DNA of 52,713 bases from Minisyncoccota bacterium (GTDB lineage Bacteria; Patescibacteriota; Minisyncoccia; Phycocordibacterales; SW-6-46-9). Positions 44,913 through 51,175 of this stretch are shown one piece after another. The DNA is taken from the NCBI GenBank assembly GCA_040904025.1, contig JBBDUG010000004.1:1-52713 (forward strand), read 5' to 3'. Both the position numbers and the translations under genes were made by a program. How positions within the stretch are numbered: position 1 is the stretch's first letter; the number at the start of each line of letters is the position of its first letter. The notes under the pieces were generated by a model. It did no database searches and had not been told where the DNA came from. It saw only the letters and a program-made list of their open reading frames with translations.

Positions 44913-45865
44913 GTTAGCTTTTCCGCTAGGCTTTTAGCAATGTTGAAATTACAACTATCTTGAATCCACCCCCACCTTCCATTGGGATTTATCTCCAGGA
45001 ACACGTAATCGCCATCTGGTGTAACTATCATATCTATCGCTCCATATATGAGACCAAGATTCTTCACCAGAGATTTGATTTTAGCAGATACTTCCTCTGG
45101 TAAAGAATAAGGGATATAGGAAAGTTCGTTTCCCGCTTTTCTCCAGTCATGTTGAGAAGTAGCGAGTGACTGAGAGTCTATTTTTGCTGAGAAGACTCTT
45201 TCGCCCACTACTGTGATCCGTAATTCATAGGCTTTCTCTACATACTCCTGAAGAAAGAGAGGGCAAGCAGCGATTTGTCTCTCGGAACCCTGTACATCTT
45301 GTTGTGTTATGACGTTTGTATACAGCAGAAGGGGGTCACCCTCGTCCAAAAACACCTGTGTATACAACTGTTTCGCCGCTACTTTCTGATGCTTTGAGAC
45401 AAAATATTTTACTTCCCTCGGGTCATTAGAAATTAGAGTAGCGGGGATTGTTAAGCCAATGCTTTCAGCTGCCCTCAGCTGATACATTTTATTGTCTTCA
45501 ATCAATTTGTTGGCTCGAAGAAGGTCATTGATCCACACCCTGTCTTCAAGAGAGGTATAGAGTGACCACAGTGCAGCGCGTGATTCGTTTTGTATAAATT
45601 TCTTATAACCGACATTTTCCGATTTTTGTGCGGCGGGAAGTGGCTTCCAGTACCAGACGCTTTCTATTTCACATAATGGACGACTAATGCCACATATTGT
45701 GAGTTTCCCTCCCAACGATCCATCGAAAGAAAAAGAAAGGAAATCACGTATTGGGAATAAATGAGGGTAGAAGATAAAGTAAGGTTGTCGCAAGGTCTCC
45801 AACTCATTTAGAACCAATTGAACGACAGGTTCATCTGGATTGGTGATTATCAAGGTATATCCCAT
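44903..45865 (-). CDS. ATP-grasp ribosomal peptide maturase, MdnC/MvdD (microviridin ligase) family
   Basis: YELRITVVGERVFSAKIDSQS.....HDWRK and YGAIDMIVTPDGDYVFLEINPNGRWGWI closely match the hallmark blocks of MdnC as I recall them (ELRITIVGE.IF.A.I.SQ...DWRK; YGAIDMIVTPD..Y.FLEINP.GE). Confidence 0.85.
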   Translation of the reverse strand: MGYTLIITNPDEPVVQLVLNELETLRQPYFIFYPHLFPIRDFLSFSFDGSLGGKLTICGISRPLCEIESVWYWKPLPAAQKSENVGYKKFIQNESRAALWSLYTSLEDRVWINDLLRANKLIEDNKMYQLRAAESIGLTIPATLISNDPREVKYFVSKHQKVAAKQLYTQVFLDEGDPLLLYTNVITQQDVQGSERQIAACPLFLQEYVEKAYELRITVVGERVFSAKIDSQSLATSQHDWRKAGNELSYIPYSLPEEVSAKIKSLVKNLGLIYGAIDMIVTPDGDYVFLEINPNGRWGWIQDSCNFNIAKSLAEKLTKK

Positions 45866-45929
45866 TATTGATCCCTCCTAGCTTGGGGTTGGTTTGTATA
45901 TTACGTTCCTCGCCGATAATACCACACAA

Positions 45930-46448
45930 TTACCTGTTATTAAAACTGTCAAACGCTCTTTTCTTTTGCTCTTCGAAGGTGTCTAATCCTAATTCTTTTC
46001 TACGCTTATTTATATTCTTAGAATCTTCTATTGGATCTACTGAAAGTGTATTATCTTCAAGATTTATATTAAATGATGTCCCGTATAATTGTTTCTTTCC
46101 TTCTCTGATTAAAATACGATCGGTAGTTTTTGCGATCAACTTTGGGTCAATTTCATCTGGAAGCAATTTTCTCATCTCTTTCAGGGCCCTTTTTTGTATT
46201 TCAATATCTTGTAAGTGTTGGACTAACACCCACAGCTCTTCTGGTGTATTTTTTCCATATTGGGATTGTTTTGGCCATCCTATTTTTTCCAGAACCTTCT
46301 CAACAAGAGACTCGCTTTGTTTATCAATTTGAGCATCATAATGGTCTAGAGAGAAATCATGCTCTGACCACACCCTCCTCATGTTTTGGTCAATCGTATA
46401 CTGTTTTTTGATTTCTTGAACCAACCCTTTTTTGTTTGTTGTGTTCAT
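45930..46448 (-). CDS. Hypothetical helical protein, upstream of and co-oriented with the ATP-grasp gene
   Basis: ORF track. 64-nt gap to the ligase gene. ELWVLVQHLQD...Q...L and QLYGTSF patterns. No confident family assignment. Confidence 0.55.
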   Translation of the reverse strand: MNTTNKKGLVQEIKKQYTIDQNMRRVWSEHDFSLDHYDAQIDKQSESLVEKVLEKIGWPKQSQYGKNTPEELWVLVQHLQDIEIQKRALKEMRKLLPDEIDPKLIAKTTDRILIREGKKQLYGTSFNINLEDNTLSVDPIEDSKNINKRRKELGLDTFEEQKKRAFDSFNNR

Positions 46449-46650
46449 ATGAAGAATAATACCCGCATAAGTATGTGTCTACAAATTTAAAAGCAACTTA
46501 ATCAAAAAAAATTGAGGCAGGATCAACAGGTAAGTGAAATAAGGCCTCAGAAGGTGATAGTCGCGAGCACATAATCCTAAATCTGTCTCATAACAATAGA
46601 GGTGATTATACAACCTAGTATAAGCAATCGTGTCTTATTTCTGATGGTGT

Positions 46651-46659
46651 TTATCCACA
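46651..46659 (+). promoter_or_regulatory. Perfect DnaA-box-like 9-mer TTATCCACA
   Basis: Exact string; TATACT follows 31 nt downstream (46691-46696). The ATG at 46736 is 77 nt past the end of the box. Confidence 0.5.
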
Positions 46660-46735
46660 ACACCTCTCTTTAGGGGGGTGTAGTATGTTATATACTTTAA
46701 GTATATATAATAATTAATCATTCGTTATATTTCGT

Positions 46736-47236
46736 ATGGAACAAGAAAACAATAAAGGACTTATCATAGGAGTTGTTGTTATCATCATTCTTGCGGTACT
46801 CTTTCTCCTATTCGGAGGGAGTGCACCAGAGAATACTGGAACAGATGATGATGTAATAGAGGAGACAGAGTCAGCTTCAGAGGGAATCACAGAAGTTGAT
46901 CTAGATACTGCAGAAGGGCTTGATCGGTTTCCTGAAGGATTTCCAACAGATGTACCGGTTGAACCTGCAACGATTGTAAATAGTGTGAACCTCGAGCGTA
47001 ATGATGGTGGCTCTGATGCCATTATCATCTATCGCCCAGACGCAAGTGTGAATGAAGTATATGATGCATTTGTATCCTATATGACAGACGCAGGGTATAC
47101 CATTGAGACAGATAGCCTTGATGGAATGAGAATAGACCTCCAGGGAACAAGTGCAGATGGAGAACTTACGGTATCTTCTATGGAGCTTGAAGGGGAAGGG
47201 ATACTTGAAGTGTTTGTGAACTTTGTTGGGGTATAG
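46736..47236 (+). CDS. Small N-terminally anchored secreted protein, paralog family member 2
   Basis: TM helix, acidic linker, and DLDTAEGLDRFPEGFPTDVPVEPATIVNS block shared with the 47390 protein. Confidence 0.65.
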   Translation: MEQENNKGLIIGVVVIIILAVLFLLFGGSAPENTGTDDDVIEETESASEGITEVDLDTAEGLDRFPEGFPTDVPVEPATIVNSVNLERNDGGSDAIIIYRPDASVNEVYDAFVSYMTDAGYTIETDSLDGMRIDLQGTSADGELTVSSMELEGEGILEVFVNFVGV

Positions 47237-47258
47237 AGGGTGGTAGGTATAAAAAATA

Positions 47259-47290
47259 CCGAGGCCTCCTATCAGGAGCCTCGGTTTTGG
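47259..47290 (+). terminator. Intrinsic terminator
   Basis: CCGAGGCCTCCT / AGGAGCCTCGG hairpin followed by TTTTGG. Confidence 0.65.
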
Positions 47291-47310
47291 TGTTTTTGGA
47301 CACATTTTTA

Positions 47311-47319
47311 TTATCCACA
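47311..47319 (+). promoter_or_regulatory. Perfect DnaA-box-like 9-mer TTATCCACA
   Basis: Exact string; TATAAT follows 32 nt downstream (47352-47357). Confidence 0.5.
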
Positions 47320-47389
47320 CCTAATGCTCTTCGTGGAGGGTCTTAATGTACTATAATTATAGATGTAATAATTATTTAACTACATATAC

Positions 47390-47947
47390 ATGGAACAGAC
47401 ACAACCAACAAATGGGAATTCACATGATAATCACAAGGCTCTTACCATTGGTGTTGCCGTTATCGTACTTCTTGTAGCAGTATTTCTGATCTTTGGAAAC
47501 AGAGATACAGGACCAACGGAACAGGATGAAGTAACTCCGGAAAATCAGGAGGAAGAAGTTGTCTTGGGAGACCAGGCTGAAGATGCTCCACGTACTATAG
47601 AAGAAGTTGATCTCACTTCCACAGAAGGACTTGAACGTCTTCCAGAAGGATTCCCTTCTGACACTCCAGTGGATGTTGAGACACTTGTTGACAGTACACA
47701 TATCGTCAATGAAGACGGATCAGAAGAATCACTTGTAGTGTATCTTTCAGATGCAACGATAGGGGAGTTATATGAGAGCTATATCTCATACATAGATGAA
47801 CAGGGCTTCGAGATTGATAGGGATGATTCGACTGATGAGTTTGTGATAATGAATGCATTGCGTGAAAATACTACCATGTCGGTGTCTGCTACACCGTCAG
47901 AAGAAGGGGGTCAGCAAGAGGTGTTTGTAAGGTTTCTTGTGGAATAA
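47390..47947 (+). CDS. Small N-terminally anchored secreted protein, paralog family member 3
   Basis: DLTSTEGLERLPEGFPSDTPVDVETLVDS block and a C-terminal domain parallel to the 46736 protein. Confidence 0.65.
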   Translation: MEQTQPTNGNSHDNHKALTIGVAVIVLLVAVFLIFGNRDTGPTEQDEVTPENQEEEVVLGDQAEDAPRTIEEVDLTSTEGLERLPEGFPSDTPVDVETLVDSTHIVNEDGSEESLVVYLSDATIGELYESYISYIDEQGFEIDRDDSTDEFVIMNALRENTTMSVSATPSEEGGQQEVFVRFLVE

Positions 47948-47969
47948 AATACATATATAAAATAAAAAG

Positions 47970-47999
47970 CCTCACTCGAAACATCTGTTCCGAGTGAGG
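47970..47999. terminator. Bidirectional terminator
   Basis: CCTCACTCG / CGAGTGAGG hairpin flanked by an A-run and a T-rich run. Confidence 0.6.
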
Positions 48000-48020
48000 T
48001 TGTGTGCATTTCTGCACCCC

Positions 48021-49307
48021 TCAAAGCAGTAGCCGTGGGTGGATATTTCTCAAACCCTCCACAGTTACCGGATCCCTCCGATTTCCATTTGGTTCGAAAA
48101 ATATGAGCTGGTTGAAGTCACCCTCGTAGAGGATCGAAATACCTGATCCGTCTGTTCCGAAGGCAAATTCTCCAATCCCTGCTTCAGTCCCCAGCTCCTC
48201 TCTCGCCTCGAGATCGACGAAGATCGTTGAGATTTCATCTTCCTCGAGTCGCATGAGGCTCGCTGTTGTGACACGCACATCGGTTAATACCGTTATCCGT
48301 GATCCGACCCTCTCGGTTTGATAGAGGCCACTCATAGAGGTGGGAGTTATGTTGAACACTGAATCTGAATCCTCCCTACCATCGTATCTGCGTATGGGGG
48401 CGGAGATATAGAGTGTCCCCGTGTCTGTATCACTGGCAAACCCTGTGGGTACCCCAAAGCAAAACGGTGCATCTTCCGGACGATCACTACAGCTCTCCTT
48501 TGGATACTCTGTAATGTTCCCAGTGTGAGGGTCAAGGGTAAACACTTCAGGAGAGCCCGAATCATGGGCATTCATGTATGCAATCCTTCCGTCAGGAAGC
48601 CATTGCGCCATAATGACACGCCCTTGGATCGTACAGTTTTCTCCCAGATCCTCTGTTAACTCTCCGCGATAGTCGAGGGTCAGCAAGTGATTACAATTGC
48701 TACCTTCCTGGAGGTCAAAAATAAATACCTCCGATCCATCAGGTGAGACAGCAAATCCCTGGAAGGGAGAATGTTGTCCGTACGTTGCCGAGTATCCAAA
48801 CAATTGCTGATATTCACCACTTTCATTGTTAATGTGATAAATGCCATACTCGTTTGGTCCCGTTGTCGCATCGGCAATGGTCAGGGTTTCTTCTACGTTC
48901 TCAAGCGTAAAGATTTCCTGGGATTCCCCCGTCGCTCCCGTGGCCGTAATGGTGAGAGTGGCACCTGCCATGCTCTCTACCGGTATCTCACGAGAGAAGG
49001 AGAGGGAGTTTTCACCTTCCGCAGCGGTCGTGTCAAACGTCTCGCTTCCGTACTCTACCGTGATTGCGTGAAGAGTGTCTTCTACCGAGACATCTACCTC
49101 AAAAGAGGTTGTCTTTCCCGGTCCTGGGACAATCATCCAGGTATCGGTTGAAGTGACGGTGATGGTTGGTGTGTACTCCTCTTCTTCAGGTGTAGGTTGG
49201 TTGTTGGGAGGAGGGTCATTTACCACCCCCGAGTCGCCGCAGCCGATAAGGAGTGTTGTTACGAGAAGGAGGAGTACAAGTACGAGAATTCTGATCAGGC
49301 TCTTCAT
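48021..49307 (-). CDS. Lipoprotein with an N-terminal Ig-like domain and a PD40/TolB-like beta-propeller region, paralog A
   Basis: Signal peptide plus lipobox LLIGC. SPDGSEVFIFD and LPDGRIAYMN repeats. CNHLLTLDYRGELTEDLGENC block shared with paralog B. Confidence 0.7.
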   Translation of the reverse strand: MKSLIRILVLVLLLLVTTLLIGCGDSGVVNDPPPNNQPTPEEEEYTPTITVTSTDTWMIVPGPGKTTSFEVDVSVEDTLHAITVEYGSETFDTTAAEGENSLSFSREIPVESMAGATLTITATGATGESQEIFTLENVEETLTIADATTGPNEYGIYHINNESGEYQQLFGYSATYGQHSPFQGFAVSPDGSEVFIFDLQEGSNCNHLLTLDYRGELTEDLGENCTIQGRVIMAQWLPDGRIAYMNAHDSGSPEVFTLDPHTGNITEYPKESCSDRPEDAPFCFGVPTGFASDTDTGTLYISAPIRRYDGREDSDSVFNITPTSMSGLYQTERVGSRITVLTDVRVTTASLMRLEEDEISTIFVDLEAREELGTEAGIGEFAFGTDGSGISILYEGDFNQLIFFEPNGNRRDPVTVEGLRNIHPRLLL

Positions 49308-49401
49308 AGCTACCTTACTTGTTGGTGCTTTATCAGTGTACGAGAGTGTTTTCTAGCAAAACGATACCATTGTTATACTAAGATATCAAGCTTATCATGT
49401 A

Positions 49402-49455
49402 TAAAAAAACCCTACCGAAGTGCAGTGTATAACACATCTGCACAACAGTAGGGTT
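49402..49455 (-). terminator. Terminator of lipoprotein paralog B
   Basis: AACCCTAC / GTAGGGTT outer stem plus GTGCAG / CTGCAC inner stem. Followed on the minus strand by T7. Confidence 0.65.
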
Positions 49456-49463
49456 CTACCTTT

Positions 49464-50912
49464 TTACTCAGTGGAAAGAACAGCGTTCTCCTCGGCCGAG
49501 ATGAGCCGGGGAGTGGTCAGCCGATAAAGACCGGTTATCTCATAAGGCCCCTCGACCATCTGGCCACCTTGTCCGTAGAAGGCGATCTCGTTGCCTGCCT
49601 GGCTAAACGGAATACCCAGTGATACACCCTCTGGAGTGAGGGAGAACTCTTGAGCACCTATCTTATCGATCTTGTATCCTTCCGGATTATTAAGGTCGAT
49701 AAGGATGCGCCCGTATCGCTCTAGTGTATCAATGCGCTCCACTTCACCAACGGCAACACCATCACGGATGTCGTCCAACTTAACCAACCACTTATTAAGC
49801 GGGAAGGTGACGAGACTCTCGTAGGTATTACTACCTTGGGAGAAACGGCCAAATTCTGTCAAAGACTTAACTTCACCGTCCTCCCTCTGCCATGCATGTC
49901 GGGACACATATAAATCTCCCGACTCGGCATAGGCGAGGCCATAGATGCCCGTAAAGCACTTCTCACCCCCTTCAACTTCGGAGCGTGATCTGCACTCGCT
50001 TCGAGTGAGTTGAGTAAGCTCATTTGTTTCGAGGTTTAATTTAAAGGCCTCGACAGTGTTGTGTGCATTAACAACACCACCACCAAATGCAATCTCACTC
50101 CCGTCTGGTGACCACGTGGCATACGTGGCTCTCTCTTTGATTCGACAGTCTTCACCCAGATCCTCTGCTACTTCTCCTCGCCAATCGAGGATCAGCAAGT
50201 GATTACAACCGCTCGTCTCCTTTTTCCAGTCAAATACGAAGTATTTTGACCGGTCAGGGGAGATGCCGAATCCAACGGGCCATGTTTCCTCGGCCGTGTA
50301 AGTGAAGAGTCTTTGAAAGCCCTCTCCATACCTGTCGAGGAGGAATATCCCGTATGTGCCTGCCTGCCACCCGATTGAGGTAATCATCTTGCTGCGGACG
50401 TGGCGCAGGGTGAGTATCCTTTCCCTCTCTCCCGTCACCCCAATCGCTTTGAATGTGAGTCTGGCATCTGCCATGCTCTCCACCTCAATCTTTATCTTGA
50501 AGGCGGTGGAAGAAACAGGGGAGGCAAAGGTGGTGTCCCACTTTAACTCCCCGTCCTCGTTGTGGATCGACATAGAGAGCAAAGTATCACTTACTGCCAC
50601 ATCTATGTCTACGACGATAAACCTATTTGGTCCGGGGACCAAAGGAATACTCTCATCTGTCCACACCCTCTGGAAGCGAGGGTTATACGACTTCGGTTCT
50701 GGATCAGGGTCCGGATTGGGATCGGGTTCTGGATCAGGGTCTGGGTTACAGCCTTCATCCACTGCACCATTCTTATCGTTATCGATATCATCCCCACAGA
50801 TCTCTTCTGTAGGGGGATCAATGATGCTTCCTCCCTCCTTTTCAGGGCTAAGGAGGTCGCATCCGGAAACAACTGCAAAAAGCAGAAGTACCGCAAATAG
50901 TATGCGTTTCAT
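49464..50912 (-). CDS. Lipoprotein with a Cys/Asp-rich metal-binding-like motif, a PDPEP linker, an Ig-like domain and a beta-propeller, paralog B
   Basis: Start at 50912 (MKRILF..VVSGC lipobox) preceded by GGAGG with a 5-nt spacer. CGDDIDNDKNGAVDEGC motif. SPDGSEIAF repeat. Shares blocks with paralog A. Confidence 0.7.
   Translation of the reverse strand: MKRILFAVLLLFAVVSGCDLLSPEKEGGSIIDPPTEEICGDDIDNDKNGAVDEGCNPDPDPEPDPNPDPDPEPKSYNPRFQRVWTDESIPLVPGPNRFIVVDIDVAVSDTLLSMSIHNEDGELKWDTTFASPVSSTAFKIKIEVESMADARLTFKAIGVTGERERILTLRHVRSKMITSIGWQAGTYGIFLLDRYGEGFQRLFTYTAEETWPVGFGISPDRSKYFVFDWKKETSGCNHLLILDWRGEVAEDLGEDCRIKERATYATWSPDGSEIAFGGGVVNAHNTVEAFKLNLETNELTQLTRSECRSRSEVEGGEKCFTGIYGLAYAESGDLYVSRHAWQREDGEVKSLTEFGRFSQGSNTYESLVTFPLNKWLVKLDDIRDGVAVGEVERIDTLERYGRILIDLNNPEGYKIDKIGAQEFSLTPEGVSLGIPFSQAGNEIAFYGQGGQMVEGPYEITGLYRLTTPRLISAEENAVLSTE
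50695..50754 (-). repeat. 30-bp tandem repeat (GGTTCTGGATCAGGGTC core, 2 copies) encoding the PDPEPDPNPD linker
   Basis: The core string occurs at 50695 and again at 50725. Confidence 0.7.
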
Positions 50913-51069
50913 AGCGACCTCCACGGTCTTATTCGAGTTTCTACGTGTCAATGAGTGTCTAATGTGTATTATACAACACTCTAGAATAAATGTCTACCTT
51001 GTTTTTATCAAAACAAAGGGGGTTAAAATAGTGTTTAAAGATGGGGTTTATTAACTAAGATGTTTCCTG

Positions 51070-51078
51070 TTATCCACA
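51070..51078 (+). promoter_or_regulatory. Perfect DnaA-box-like 9-mer TTATCCACA
   Basis: Exact string; TATACT follows 31 nt downstream (51110-51115). Confidence 0.5.
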
Positions 51079-51175
51079 GTACGTTTTTGGTTTGATTTAA
51101 TATATTACATATACTTAAGACATCGTAGAATTTTCCCATATTACAAAAGTAACAGCTCTCTTAACAGTAAAATTT

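Noticed and set aside
32936-51078. The TTATCCACA boxes as a chromosomal replication origin (oriC)
   Set aside because: The boxes are kilobases apart rather than clustered. No dnaA or dnaN gene and no AT-rich unwinding element accompanies them. Each has a fixed spacing to a -10 box, which fits transcriptional control better.
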